A DNA stretch of 64,000 nucleotides, taken from a virus. Lineage: Duplodnaviria > Heunggongvirae > Uroviricota > Caudoviricetes. Shown piece by piece: positions 19,178 through 28,070 of the stretch. Under the pieces are notes generated by a model, which saw only the letters and a list, made by a program, of their open reading frames with translations, made no database searches and was not told where the DNA came from. The stretch covers positions 94,773 through 158,772 of the IMG/VR virus record IMGVR_UViG_3300042349_000541. The stretch is one strand, 5' to 3'. Positions within the stretch are counted from its first letter, which is position 1; the number at the start of each line of letters is the position of its first letter. Position numbers and translations under genes: made by a program.

Positions 19178-19640
19178 TTATGAAGTATTTCTTGATAATG
19201 TAGATAAATGGATTAATGATTTTTTTCTTCCATTACCTGTAGATAAAAGCAGGGTAGATTATATTTTAAATAAATCGCCCGAGGAATTGAAGTCTTCTAG
19301 TTCGGAAGATTTAGCGATAGATTGTATACTGCTTTATAAATACATAGACGGATTACAGTCTCTTTATAATAAAGAAAAGTCAGTTTTAGATTTTGCCGAA
19401 TCGTCAATTTTGTTCATTTCTTCAAAAGAAATTGAAAATTACGGCGATAAATATACCAAGTGGGAACTAAAATACAATGCGGCAGTTAAGCAAAATCCGC
19501 TCGCACTAAAATTGTTCAAGCTAGCTTTAGTTTCTAAGGCGAGACTGACAAGTGTTGAAAAACGTATAGAAAACATAAAAAAAATAGCAGATTTAATTAG
19601 TCAAATATCTAATAGTAAAAAATATGAAAGAAATAGCTAA
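19167..19640 (+). CDS. hypothetical protein
   Basis: ORF-track ORF. Confidence 0.3.
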   Translation: MKDNYEVFLDNVDKWINDFFLPLPVDKSRVDYILNKSPEELKSSSSEDLAIDCILLYKYIDGLQSLYNKEKSVLDFAESSILFISSKEIENYGDKYTKWELKYNAAVKQNPLALKLFKLALVSKARLTSVEKRIENIKKIADLISQISNSKKYERNS

Positions 19641-20049
19641 AGAATTATTGCGTAAGGGCTTACTGCTTAACGATGCAGAACTTATTGCAATGGCCAATCA
19701 ATTGCTGGGCGAACCTGAGGAAACTGAGGTTAAGCAGCCCGCAAAAAAAGGCCGAAAGAAAAAAACAGAGCCGGTAGTCGATCAAATAGCGATCACAAAT
19801 AATATCTCTCAAAAATCTGGACCCGTTAAATGGGGCGGAAATACTTGGGTTGATACGGGAGAACTGGGCGAGTTGGGTAAAGAAGCTAAAAATACGCCCA
19901 AGATACCATTAACGCCTAGAAATAGACCTAAGTATCAAAAAATTGAAGTGCTTTGCTCTGTATGCAACAATAAAGTAAAAACAGACCCAATACATAATAC
20001 AGAATTTTTTAAATGCGATAGATGTATGAGAAGAATGTTAGGAAAATAA
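19624..20049 (+). CDS. basic protein with C-terminal zinc ribbon
   Basis: CSVCNNK ... CDRC. Confidence 0.3.
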   Translation: MKEIAKELLRKGLLLNDAELIAMANQLLGEPEETEVKQPAKKGRKKKTEPVVDQIAITNNISQKSGPVKWGGNTWVDTGELGELGKEAKNTPKIPLTPRNRPKYQKIEVLCSVCNNKVKTDPIHNTEFFKCDRCMRRMLGK

Positions 20050-20050
20050 T

Positions 20051-20482
20051 ATGATTATACAATATAAAAAACTTAGTATACTTGCCCGAAAGCCCGAAAA
20101 AAACGATAAAACAGATTTTGGAAGCGGAAGCGTTGGCTATGATTTATTTTCTGTAGAATCAGTGTTTATTCCTGCGGGCGAAACTAGATTAATTAAAACT
20201 GGTATAGCAATTTCTATGCCATCAGGCTATGGATTATTCCTGTGGCCAAGATCTGGAAATAGTAATAAATATTGGTCGGACGTTTTAGCGGGAGTTATAG
20301 ATCCGTCTTATCGCGGAGAAATTGGTGTATTGCTTTCTACCGATAAAGACTGGCAAGTTAATGTTGGCGATAAAATAGTTCAGGGAGTTATACAAAGATA
20401 CGAAGACGCTACTTTTACCGAAGTAGACGAGTTAGATGTTACTGTACGTGGCAGTAATGGTTTTGGTAGTAGCGGATTTTAA
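20051..20482 (+). CDS. dut: dUTP diphosphatase
   Basis: dUTPase motifs GSVGYDLFS, AGVIDPSYRGEIGVLL, RGSNGFGSSG. Confidence 0.85.
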   Translation: MIIQYKKLSILARKPEKNDKTDFGSGSVGYDLFSVESVFIPAGETRLIKTGIAISMPSGYGLFLWPRSGNSNKYWSDVLAGVIDPSYRGEIGVLLSTDKDWQVNVGDKIVQGVIQRYEDATFTEVDELDVTVRGSNGFGSSGF

Positions 20483-20493
20483 GAAAGGTTAAA

Positions 20494-21153
20494 ATGAGTA
20501 GAACAACACAAAGAAAATCGGGCGGAAAAAGCCCCGTAAAGTATTGGCTTAGTTTCAAGGGAAACACCGGAAGTTTTTCATACTGGAATGGAACAGAAAA
20601 TGTAACAATGGATAAGCTAAACTTTGTCCTATTAGATACAAGATCTACAATTACCGGCTGGTCCGATGCTGCAAGCAGCCGTATCTGGTCAAACGTTGTG
20701 AAGATGTTAAGCGAGCAACTTACGGTTAAAACTAAAGGTAAGGATATTGCCACAGGACTATATAAGGATATTAAGGAAGAAGTTAAGAATGCTGGCGGGA
20801 ATTTTACCGTCAACGTTTATATGCTTGCGGAAGTAAACGGAGTTATGGAACCCTGCTGCCTACAGTTAGACAAAGGTGGACTAAAAGAATGGAGCGATCT
20901 GTTAGAGAAGAATAAGCTTAGTAAAGTTTATGACTCTTTCGTTAGTTGTGAAAAAGGCCCGCAGCAAAAGAAGGGTGCCGTAAAGTATTACAATCCCGCC
21001 TTTACATTAAGCGATCTTCCGGCAGAGCTAGCTCAGAAAGCTAACGATTTTGATAAGAATGTTTTGAGTCCATATTTTTCGGGAAATGATTCCGCAGAAA
21101 CTCCCGTTTCCGTAACGGCGGAAACCCCGGAAGATTCTCAAGTTCCTTTTTAA
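20494..21153 (+). CDS. hypothetical protein
   Basis: ORF-track ORF with GGAAAGG-like RBS region; slightly GC-richer. Confidence 0.35.
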   Translation: MSRTTQRKSGGKSPVKYWLSFKGNTGSFSYWNGTENVTMDKLNFVLLDTRSTITGWSDAASSRIWSNVVKMLSEQLTVKTKGKDIATGLYKDIKEEVKNAGGNFTVNVYMLAEVNGVMEPCCLQLDKGGLKEWSDLLEKNKLSKVYDSFVSCEKGPQQKKGAVKYYNPAFTLSDLPAELAQKANDFDKNVLSPYFSGNDSAETPVSVTAETPEDSQVPF

Positions 21154-21160
21154 AAAACTC

Positions 21161-21188
21161 TTGACACAGGCTTTGTCTGTGTTATAAT
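21161..21188 (+). promoter_or_regulatory. sigma-70 consensus promoter (TTGACA-16-TATAAT, extended -10 TGt)
   Basis: hexamers at 21161-21166 and 21183-21188; spacer carries inverted repeat ACACAG-N7-CTGTGT; predicted TSS about 21195-21196. Confidence 0.6.
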
Positions 21189-21195
21189 TGGAAAA

Positions 21196-21273
21196 GTCGG
21201 GAGGACACATTGACTGGAAATCGTGAAATCGTGAAAGAATTCATTTTAGCTGGTTCGAATCCAGCCCCGGCAT
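21196..21273 (+). ncRNA. tRNA-like small RNA 1 (T-arm GCTGG-TTCGAAT-CCAGC plus 6-bp acceptor; no canonical D/anticodon arms)
   Basis: 5' GTCGGG pairs 3' CCCGGC; canonical T-loop; internal tandem 8-mer TCGTGAAA x2; transcript 5' end coincides with predicted TSS. Confidence 0.35.
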
Positions 21274-21358
21274 TTTGATATACGGAACACCCCGCAAGAA
21301 AGGCAAAGGTGAAAAATGACAAGACCAGATAAACAGGTGTTTGTGAGGCTGGTTTTTT

Positions 21359-21447
21359 GCCCCGGAAGTTATTGCGGCGGAACACGCCATTACGCGCTCT
21401 TAGGGGCGAGCGGGTGTCGGGCGAGGGTTCGAATCCCTCTCGGGGCT
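21359..21447 (+). ncRNA. tRNA-like small RNA 2 (89 nt; perfect 7-bp acceptor GCCCCGG/TCGGGGC and T-arm GAGGG-TTCGAAT-CCCTC)
   Basis: acceptor and T-arm canonical; interior has a CGCTC/GAGCG stem with 8-nt loop and 3-bp D-like stem; not resolvable as a standard class II tRNA by eye. Confidence 0.4.
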
Positions 21448-21579
21448 TTTGGGACGGCGCAATGGAGGTTTAAATGACAGAAACAGGCTGGATGATTTAT
21501 GGTTTATTTCTGGTGTTTATTACCATCTGGGCTTGGCTTGAAGGTGATAATCCAAGTTAAAAAATATTTTGAGGTAATT

Positions 21580-21885
21580 ATGGCACTTAAAACAACTATT
21601 GTAGAAATCAAGCACGACGAAGGTTATGGAGATATGCTATTGCTGCATATTAATAATTCGCTTCGTGGTAAAGACATGATCGCTGAGCGTATCATTGATA
21701 TGGAAAGAATGGAGACTGATATAGCTAAGGCTAAAGAACGACTAAGAAAGACCAGAAAAGGTGTTGACATGGAAGTTATCCACGACAGTCATTTGAACTA
21801 TGCACAAGGCGTAGTTGATGGCTTAGAATCGGCATACGATATTTTTAAGTTACACAGCATGGCTACAAGAGTCATCCAGTCTTAG
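21580..21885 (+). CDS. hypothetical protein
   Basis: ATG 21580 with GAGGT RBS; track ORF 21499..21885 trimmed; stop codon sits in the loop of a 7-bp hairpin (21876-21894). Confidence 0.35.
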   Translation: MALKTTIVEIKHDEGYGDMLLLHINNSLRGKDMIAERIIDMERMETDIAKAKERLRKTRKGVDMEVIHDSHLNYAQGVVDGLESAYDIFKLHSMATRVIQS

Positions 21886-22041
21886 CTAGACTGGTAGTAG
21901 GATACTTATTCCTATGATGAATCGGATTAGCCTCCGTGCAAAAGAAGGGCCAAAAAGCCGGTGCATATAGAACCGTAAACATAAACGGCGGAGAGGCGGT
22001 ATCTTGCTATTGCAAGGTATCGTCTCGTTGAAACTGGATTG

Positions 22042-22051
22042 TGTCTATAAT
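22042..22051 (+). promoter_or_regulatory. -10 element TATAAT (22046-22051) with weak TG upstream; no acceptable -35
   Basis: only candidate promoter for tRNA-like element 3; TTGAAA at 22028 is only 12 nt upstream (wrong spacing). Confidence 0.3.
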
Positions 22052-22052
22052 A

Positions 22053-22126
22053 TTCCAAGGTAGCTCAGCGGCAGTAGCTCCATGCTGTTAACATGGTGGG
22101 CGGTGGTTTGATCTCGCCCCTATCAT
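22053..22126 (+). ncRNA. tRNA-like element 3: perfect Asn(GUU) anticodon stem-loop, D-arm and T-arm but unpaired acceptor stem (possible pseudo-tRNA or 5'-editing substrate)
   Basis: anticodon arm CCATG-CTGTTAA-CATGG; T-arm GGTGG-TTTGATC-TCGCC (2 G-U); D region GTAGCTC duplicated; 5' TTCCAAG cannot pair 3' CCTATCA. Confidence 0.35.
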
Positions 22127-22159
22127 TTTTTGGCAAAATTAAAAATATTTTACCAATCT

Positions 22160-22168
22160 GTGTATAAT
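22160..22168 (+). promoter_or_regulatory. extended -10 promoter (TGTGTATAAT) upstream of HNH gene
   Basis: TGnTATAAT at 22160-22168, no -35 match. Confidence 0.35.
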
Positions 22169-22186
22169 GCTACGGAGGATAATAAT

Positions 22187-22696
22187 ATGCCAGATAAAAC
22201 AGTAAAAGATATTTGTGGTATTCACGGAGAACAAGATTTTGCTCTTGAAAACTATGGTACTAAAAATCAAAGAAAAAGATGTAAGAAGTGTAGATCAGAA
22301 GCTGTACAGAGAAGAAGAGAAAAACTAAAAGAAAAAGCTGTTGAATACAAAGGTGGTTGTTGTGAAAAGTGCGGGTACAGCAAATGTATAAGTGCTTTAG
22401 AATTTCATCACCTAGACCCAGTACAAAAAGACTTTGGTATTTCTGCCTATGGTCATACATACGCTTGGAAAAAAATAAAATCAGAATTAGATAAATGTAT
22501 TTTAATATGTGCAAATTGTCATAGAGAAGCACATGATAAAAAATCTTTAAGAATCAAAAGGATCGTAAGCAAAACATGCCCTATTTGTTCTAAAAATTTT
22601 GAAGATGGAGGGTCTAACAAAAAGGTTTATTGTTCAAGTAAATGTTCTAATAAACGTAAAAATTTAAGTAGAAAGAAAAAAAAGAAAAACTCCTAG
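22187..22696 (+). CDS. HNH homing endonuclease
   Basis: ALEFHHLDP...KC.LICANCHREAH HNH motif with Cys-rich zinc-binding pairs; GGAGGA RBS before ATG 22187; inserted between tRNA-like genes. Confidence 0.6.
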   Translation: MPDKTVKDICGIHGEQDFALENYGTKNQRKRCKKCRSEAVQRRREKLKEKAVEYKGGCCEKCGYSKCISALEFHHLDPVQKDFGISAYGHTYAWKKIKSELDKCILICANCHREAHDKKSLRIKRIVSKTCPICSKNFEDGGSNKKVYCSSKCSNKRKNLSRKKKKKNS

Positions 22697-22790
22697 TTAA
22701 AATAACTCGTCCATTCCTAGTACGAGATATATACCACGAAGCTAGCGTCGTGACATTAGGATAACTTCCGTCAATCTATCGGAAGCAAAA

Positions 22791-22796
22791 TATCAT
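22791..22796 (+). promoter_or_regulatory. -10-like TATCAT 7 nt upstream of tRNA-like element 4
   Basis: TATCAT at 22791-22796; -35 weak (CGTCAA). Confidence 0.25.
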
Positions 22797-22803
22797 AGAT
22801 AGT

Positions 22804-22875
22804 GAAGCAGTAGTTCAACGAAAGAACGCTTCTGCAAAGGAGATGTTGGTGGTTCGAGTCCATCCTGCTTCAATT
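22804..22875 (+). tRNA. tRNA-like element 4 (perfect acceptor GAAGCAG/CTGCTTC, D-arm GTTC/GAAC, T-arm GGTGG-TTCGAGT-CCATC; anticodon arm imperfect, 2-nt variable loop): possible pseudo-tRNA
   Basis: manual fold; best anticodon arm CTTCT-GCAAAGG-AGATG has one mismatch and no U33. Confidence 0.4.
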
Positions 22876-22937
22876 AGTTTTTAAAACCGATGCCCGAATT
22901 CTGTAGAAATCTAATCGTAATAATAAGGAGCCAATAA

Positions 22938-23306
22938 ATGAGTGCAGAATATGACAACCGCTTGAAAAAGATACATGATGACGCATTTCCTTTAAACTAT
23001 ATTCTTCCGGCAATGGCATTAGGGGCACTTATTTTTCTCGGTGTTACATTTTATAACGAGAAAAAAACAGAGAAATTTGAAATACTTCCTCAATTAAAAG
23101 AGCATCGTGTTAGATTGGTGCGGCCCGATGGAGCCGTAGATAAAATAATTAAGATTTATAAGTATGAAGATTCTACTTTAATTTTTAGTTCTAGCTCCGG
23201 AAACCTTTGTGTGTATGGCTACGATAATGATCGTGATAGATATGCAAAAACATACATTGCCCCTATCGGTTGGAATCTAGAACCAGTAAACGAAAACGAA
23301 GAGTGA
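22938..23306 (+). CDS. membrane-anchored hypothetical protein
   Basis: TM segment LNYILPAMALGALIFLGVTF; AGGAG RBS. Confidence 0.35.
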   Translation: MSAEYDNRLKKIHDDAFPLNYILPAMALGALIFLGVTFYNEKKTEKFEILPQLKEHRVRLVRPDGAVDKIIKIYKYEDSTLIFSSSSGNLCVYGYDNDRDRYAKTYIAPIGWNLEPVNENEE

Positions 23307-23413
23307 TATTTTTTATTTCTTTAATTTATTTTAGCATCAATATGGAATGGTTTTTAGTTTTAATTGTGTTTATATTAATTATTTGTTTCACTTTTTCTTA
23401 AGATGGAAATCAT

Positions 23414-23596
23414 ATGAAATTTTTTAATGCACTACAGATCGTGACCTTATTTTCAGCATGGCCAATGCTAATAAACTGGCTTGGTAATAACCCTTTTAAG
23501 GGTGCAGAAATTTTATACTATGTTGCATGGGTTGTTTATGCAGTTGGATTTTTCTTTCTTACGGTTTCAGTAGCGGAAACGATAGAAAAGACTTAA
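23414..23596 (+). CDS. small membrane protein
   Basis: two hydrophobic segments. Confidence 0.25.
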   Translation: MKFFNALQIVTLFSAWPMLINWLGNNPFKGAEILYYVAWVVYAVGFFFLTVSVAETIEKT

Positions 23597-23598
23597 TC

Positions 23599-23802
23599 AT
23601 GAATCAAGATTTATCCCAACAGTTTAAATACATCCAAGATAAAATTAGCGACGAAGGTTTTGATTATTGTTTTAGGTACTATTCAACTTTTGGTCATCTT
23701 GAAGATGAAAAATTTCATTCTTTAAGAGAGTCTTATATAAAAATTGCTAATGAGCTTGAAGAATATATCAATGAAAAATCCGCCGATCTTTTGTTTGAAT
23801 GA
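23599..23802 (+). CDS. hypothetical protein
   Basis: ATG 23599 overlapping upstream stop; track ORF 23527..23802 trimmed. Confidence 0.3.
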   Translation: MNQDLSQQFKYIQDKISDEGFDYCFRYYSTFGHLEDEKFHSLRESYIKIANELEEYINEKSADLLFE

Positions 23803-23803
23803 C

Positions 23804-23831
23804 TTGACAGCCCGTAAAAGCGTGCTATAAT
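23804..23831 (+). promoter_or_regulatory. sigma-70 consensus promoter (TTGACA-16-TATAAT, extended -10 TGc)
   Basis: hexamers 23804-23809 and 23826-23831, directly upstream of tRNA-Phe. Confidence 0.6.
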
Positions 23832-23841
23832 AGTCGCATAT

Positions 23842-23914
<73 letters not shown>

Positions 23915-23934
23915 CTTTTTTTGTTTCTACATTC

Positions 23935-24005
23935 TGCGGGCTAGAGTAAAGGCAACTCGTCGGTCTCATAAGCCGAAGCTACTGGTTCGATTCCAGTGCC
24001 CGCAA
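23935..24005 (+). tRNA. tRNA-Met/Ile2 (anticodon CAT)
   Basis: manual cloverleaf: acceptor TGCGGGC/GCCCGCA, D GAGT-AAAGGCA-ACTC, anticodon arm TCGGT-CTCATAA-GCCGA, T-arm ACTGG-TTCGATT-CCAGT. Confidence 0.75.
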
Positions 24006-24022
24006 TATTTTTTGAGGTTATT

Positions 24023-25288
24023 ATGAAGCTTGAAGTTCAAAACGAAAACTATTGTGCTACGATTGTCCGTGTTCATGCATTGGTAGATCTTCCGGGTCTG
24101 GATAATCTTAAGGGCGTACAATTCTTTGGATTTTCCTCGCTTGTTTCAAAGGATACTAGCGTGGGTGGTTTAGCGGTTTTGTTTACGGCGGAAACCCAGC
24201 TTGCCGACGCTTATTGTAAGCACAACAATTTGTATCGTGATGGAAATAAGAATTCTGACACAGAAAAGACCGGGTACATCGAAGATAATCGCCGCATTCG
24301 TGCTGTTAAGCTTAGGAAGCACGTATCTTCGGCACTACTTATGCCTCTGGATTCTTTGGCTTGTTTTGATGGCGTGGATACCAATCTACTGAAAGAAGGA
24401 GATACTTTTACTCACATTAACGGAGTCGAAGTATGTACTAAGTATGTAATCAAAACCTTCCAAAAGAACGGTGCTAACCAAAAGAACCCTAAACTTAAGG
24501 AAGGCCCGCGAATCGACACTAAGCTTTTGCCGGAACATATTGATACTTCACACTACTTAAAAAATGAACATCTTATCGCAGAAGACTGTGATATTGTTGC
24601 TACTCAAAAAATTCACGGAACCAGCGGAAGATTTGCACACCAAATTTGCCGACGCAAACTTGGATTTTTTGAGCGAGTTTTGAAGCGTCTTGGTTTTAAC
24701 ATTAATGATAAGACTTATGATTATTTTGCGGCTTCCCGTAGAGTAATCAAGGACACTAAGGCAGATACTAATTTTCAACATTACTACAAGAAGGATATTT
24801 GGAATGAAGTTCTTGATGAAATCAAGCATCTAATTCCTAAGAACTATGTATTATACGGCGAAATAGTAGGATATATCGGTGATGCAGAAATTCAAAAGAA
24901 CTATTCTTACGAATGCGAGCCGGGCCAACATAAGCTCTATATCTATAGAGTTTCGGTGGTCAATCCTGATGGTGTATCCGTAGACTTGTCTTGGGATGCT
25001 GTGAAAGAATTTTGTCAAGTTACTGGACTTTCGTATACTCCCGAAGTATGGAAAGGAAAAAAGTCTGACTTTGATGTTGACAAGTATATGGATGTATGCT
25101 ATGCTAAAGATCTCGGGCTTTCGCAGTGTGTAAAACTTGCGAAGAATTCTCCTTGTGATGAAGGCGTAATTGTCCGCACCGAAGGAATGATGCCGAATTT
25201 TTATAAGGCCAAATCTCCCGTATTTTTAGCACATGAAACTAAACAACTTGATACGGGCGATGTTGATGTAGAAAGTCAGGAAAGCTAA
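24023..25288 (+). CDS. ATP-dependent RNA ligase (Rnl2/Rnl5-like, motif I KIHG)
   Basis: nucleotidyltransferase motif I ATQKIHGTSGRF (T4 Rnl2-type KIHGTN), motif IV VLYGEIVGY, motif V FYKAKSP; about 160-aa N-terminal extension as in DraRnl/NgrRnl; ATG 24023 with GAGGT RBS immediately after tRNA-Met. Confidence 0.65.
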   Translation: MKLEVQNENYCATIVRVHALVDLPGLDNLKGVQFFGFSSLVSKDTSVGGLAVLFTAETQLADAYCKHNNLYRDGNKNSDTEKTGYIEDNRRIRAVKLRKHVSSALLMPLDSLACFDGVDTNLLKEGDTFTHINGVEVCTKYVIKTFQKNGANQKNPKLKEGPRIDTKLLPEHIDTSHYLKNEHLIAEDCDIVATQKIHGTSGRFAHQICRRKLGFFERVLKRLGFNINDKTYDYFAASRRVIKDTKADTNFQHYYKKDIWNEVLDEIKHLIPKNYVLYGEIVGYIGDAEIQKNYSYECEPGQHKLYIYRVSVVNPDGVSVDLSWDAVKEFCQVTGLSYTPEVWKGKKSDFDVDKYMDVCYAKDLGLSQCVKLAKNSPCDEGVIVRTEGMMPNFYKAKSPVFLAHETKQLDTGDVDVESQES

Positions 25289-26187
25289 TGAATACTGTTC
25301 AATATCTTAAATCTAAAAATTTAATTTCGCCGCCTAAATGGTTGTCCGACAACATTATGTATGAGACCGTAACAGGTTCTATTGCATATGGAATGTCTTC
25401 GGATTCCTCTGACTATGACGTATATGGTTGGTGCATACCTCCGAAAGAGGATGTTTTTCCGCATCTTCGCGGTGAAATTTTTGGATTCGGAAAACAAATT
25501 CAGAGATTTGAACAGTTTCAGCAGCATGGAATGCATGATCCTACAGCTTTAAATAATAAAGGTAGAACTTATGACATTACAATATATTCTATCGTAAAGT
25601 ATTTTCAGTTGTGTATGGAAAATAACCCAAACATGATTGATACTTTATATACTCCATATGAATGCGTACTTCATAGCACGCAAGTCGGAAAGTTGGTCCG
25701 CGATAACAGAGACATCTTTTTGCATAAAGGATGCTTTCACCGCTTCACGGGATACGCGCACGCTCAATTGCATAAGATGGAATTAAAAAATCCTAAGGGT
25801 AAACGTGCCGAGATTATAGAGAAGCATAAATTTGATGTAAAATACGCAAGCCACTTAGTTAGACTTGCCTATGAATGCGAAATGATTCTTACCGAAGGAA
25901 CATTAGATTTACGCAGACATAATGAACATTTGAAGCGTATCCGCAGGGGCGAAGTCCCGAAGGAAGAGATTCTAAGGTGGTTCGGCGAAAAAGAGTTACA
26001 GCTAAATGCTTTGTATGCTTCGTCTAAACTTCAACATAAGCCCGACGAGCAAAAAATCAAGTCGTTGTTGCTAAGTTGTCTAGAAACTCACTACGGAACA
26101 CTTGACAAGTGTTACAAAGAGAGTACAATCACAGAGCAGGCAATTCGTGAAATCGGGCAAATTTTAGAAAGGTATAAATTAATATGA
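25288..26187 (+). CDS. nucleotidyltransferase-fold protein (minimal Pol-beta-like NTase)
   Basis: GSIAYGMSSDSSDYDV = G[SG]-x9-DxD NTase signature; TAATG coupling to RNA ligase. Confidence 0.45.
   Translation: MNTVQYLKSKNLISPPKWLSDNIMYETVTGSIAYGMSSDSSDYDVYGWCIPPKEDVFPHLRGEIFGFGKQIQRFEQFQQHGMHDPTALNNKGRTYDITIYSIVKYFQLCMENNPNMIDTLYTPYECVLHSTQVGKLVRDNRDIFLHKGCFHRFTGYAHAQLHKMELKNPKGKRAEIIEKHKFDVKYASHLVRLAYECEMILTEGTLDLRRHNEHLKRIRRGEVPKEEILRWFGEKELQLNALYASSKLQHKPDEQKIKSLLLSCLETHYGTLDKCYKESTITEQAIREIGQILERYKLI
26102..26129 (+). promoter_or_regulatory. sigma-70-like promoter (TTGACA-16-TACAAT), intragenic near 3' end of NTase gene
   Basis: hexamers 26102-26107 and 26124-26129. Confidence 0.4.
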
Positions 26188-28070
26188 TTCTTGATGAAGT
26201 AAAAGCTGACGTAGAAGTATCGGGCGAAATAAAAACCAGCGGGTTTAAAATTAGAACTACCGCTAAGGCATTTCAGATCTTGTCTTCAAATATTTATACA
26301 AACAAAATTGAAGCGGTTGTACGAGAAATTTCCTGCAATGCGGTCGATGCTCATGTTGCCGCGAAGAATGAAGGCCCGCTCGACGTTCATTTGCCTACGT
26401 TTATTGAACCTTTTTTTGCAGTACGTGATTACGGAACTGGTCTTTCCGAAGAAGATGTACTTGAAATTTATACTACTTATTTTAGTAGCACCAAAAATAA
26501 CTCCAACGAATATATTGGGGCATTAGGTCTAGGCAGTAAAAGTCCTTTTGCTGTTGCCGAAAGTTTTAATGTCGTTAGTTTTTTTAAAGGTTTCAAGAGC
26601 ACGTACAACTGCTACAAAGATGAAAATGGCGAGCCGCAAATTGCTGTAATCTCATCTAGTGAAACATATGAGCCTGACGGTTTATACGTTAAAGTACAAG
26701 TAAAACCAAGTGAAATTGACTTGTATAATGAGGCTGCGTCTAGAGTTTTTAGGTGGTTTAATAAAGTTCCGAACATTAACAATCAAACAGTTATTGACCA
26801 AGTTAAGCTTTTCAAAGAATCAATTGCTTCCGAAAATGAAGATTTTATTATCAATAATGAAGTTCGCGAAAATTTAGTTTTGATGGGTAATGTTGCTTAT
26901 AAATTAAGTCATCCTAGTATTCCTAATTCCGGAATAGTTTTTAAATGCAAAATCGGTGAGGTTTCTTTTGATCCGGGTCGTGAGCGTATTACGAACGATG
27001 AAAAGACTGTTAAATTTCTTTCTGATAAATATAAAACAGTTCAATCGTGCGTATCGGCAGAAGTAAAAAACTTTTTGAATGATCCAAGTTTTACCGTTTG
27101 TGAAAAAATTACAAGGGTTGTAGCGTGGAGAGATGTATTGTTGTACGGCAACTTAGCTACTTCTCATTTTAAATCATGGGTCTCTAATAATGCATGTTCC
27201 AAGACAAATTTAATTCTGGTAAAAAAAGATGTATATAGAATTAAAACCGGTAAAATTATTACTCCTGTAAGTGATATTGTAAATTTTATCAGCAGTGAAA
27301 ATTCTATTAAATGGATAAAAAATCCTGACTCAACAAAGCCCATCAGTGATTATTTTGCAGGAAAAGTTAATGATTACCTTCGGTCGCTAGGCGGTAAGCA
27401 TGTTTGTATTATCGTTGATGATGATCAAATTAAAGAACTGGGTGTTAGCAATATTACTGAAATACCAAAAAAGGAAAGAACTTATTATTCTAAAGGAAGT
27501 AGAAATTACCATAGGTATTACATCGTAAATTCATACAAATTTACTAACTTTAAATCCATTGAAGAAGATAAAGTTCCTAAAGAAGAAAAAATCTTCATTG
27601 AATATAAAAATAGTAAGCCATTGACAAATCTCAGTTGGGATTATATTAGTGAAGCCTCTATTATTTTACATAAAACAATATATGCAATTCATTCTTCCAT
27701 TGTAAAATCTAAGGATTTCGATACAAAAGGATGGATTTCACTCGAAGATTACTTAGAAAGATTTAAAAGGAACAATCCAAAAAAGATTGTTTACAGAAAG
27801 TCTTTCAATTCGCTAGTGAAAGATTTCATTATAGACTTTGCAAAAGTTGATGGCGTTAGGCATAAAAAATTACTTGAACAATTTTCGGTTTTAGCTATTG
27901 ACAAAAAGTACAAGCCAGAGTATAAATTAATCGACCATCACGAAAACAGCGATGAATTAGAAAAATTGTATCAAAAAATCGTAAGTATTCACCCTATTTT
28001 TAAATTAGCTGCTGGATCAGATTACAGCACTAAGGAAGTTATAAAATTTTATCTCACTAAAGGAAAGTAA
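26184..28070 (+). CDS. GHKL-family ATPase (Hsp90/MutL/MORC-like Bergerat fold)
   Basis: N-box REISCNAVDAH, G1 box VRDYGTGLS, G2 box IGALGLGSKSPFAVA; ATGA coupling to upstream gene. Confidence 0.5.
   Translation: MILDEVKADVEVSGEIKTSGFKIRTTAKAFQILSSNIYTNKIEAVVREISCNAVDAHVAAKNEGPLDVHLPTFIEPFFAVRDYGTGLSEEDVLEIYTTYFSSTKNNSNEYIGALGLGSKSPFAVAESFNVVSFFKGFKSTYNCYKDENGEPQIAVISSSETYEPDGLYVKVQVKPSEIDLYNEAASRVFRWFNKVPNINNQTVIDQVKLFKESIASENEDFIINNEVRENLVLMGNVAYKLSHPSIPNSGIVFKCKIGEVSFDPGRERITNDEKTVKFLSDKYKTVQSCVSAEVKNFLNDPSFTVCEKITRVVAWRDVLLYGNLATSHFKSWVSNNACSKTNLILVKKDVYRIKTGKIITPVSDIVNFISSENSIKWIKNPDSTKPISDYFAGKVNDYLRSLGGKHVCIIVDDDQIKELGVSNITEIPKKERTYYSKGSRNYHRYYIVNSYKFTNFKSIEEDKVPKEEKIFIEYKNSKPLTNLSWDYISEASIILHKTIYAIHSSIVKSKDFDTKGWISLEDYLERFKRNNPKKIVYRKSFNSLVKDFIIDFAKVDGVRHKKLLEQFSVLAIDKKYKPEYKLIDHHENSDELEKLYQKIVSIHPIFKLAAGSDYSTKEVIKFYLTKGK

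Noticed and set aside
21196-21447. Idea that elements 1 and 2 together form one roughly 250-nt tmRNA (tRNA-like 3' end plus internal T-arm)
   Set aside because: The 5' end GTCGGGAGG cannot pair with the 3' end CCCTCTCGGGGCT to make the tmRNA acceptor stem. Each element instead has its own self-complementary 5'/3' ends, so they are called as two separate tRNA-like RNAs. A formal tmRNA search is still worth running.
21876-21894. Hairpin CCAGTCT-TAGCT-AGACTGG at the stop codon of ORF 21580-21885 as a terminator
   Set aside because: There is no U-tract downstream and the next promoter-like element is 150 nt away. It could be an RNA-processing site or coincidental, so it is not listed as a terminator.
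22028-22051. TTGAAA at 22028 as the -35 for the TATAAT at 22046
   Set aside because: The spacer is only 12 nt, and hexamers at 16-18 nt spacing are poor (TCTCGT/GTCTCG). Only the -10 is reported, at low confidence.
24201-24392. Nested same-strand small ORFs inside larger genes (24201-24392, 26308-26526, 30392-30661, 32106-32336, 34217-34411, 41856-42089, 57974-58201, 62054-62239)
   Set aside because: They are alternative-frame ORFs within genes that have strong domain evidence. They lack RBS-like sequences and are typical AT-rich-frame artefacts.
26713-26721. Extended -10 like sequences (TGTATAAT at about 26713, and 27622 TTGACA with a poor -10) inside the GHKL gene
   Set aside because: They lack a properly spaced partner hexamer. 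The AT-rich background produces many partial matches, so only full TTGACA/TATAAT pairs with 16-17-nt spacing are reported.
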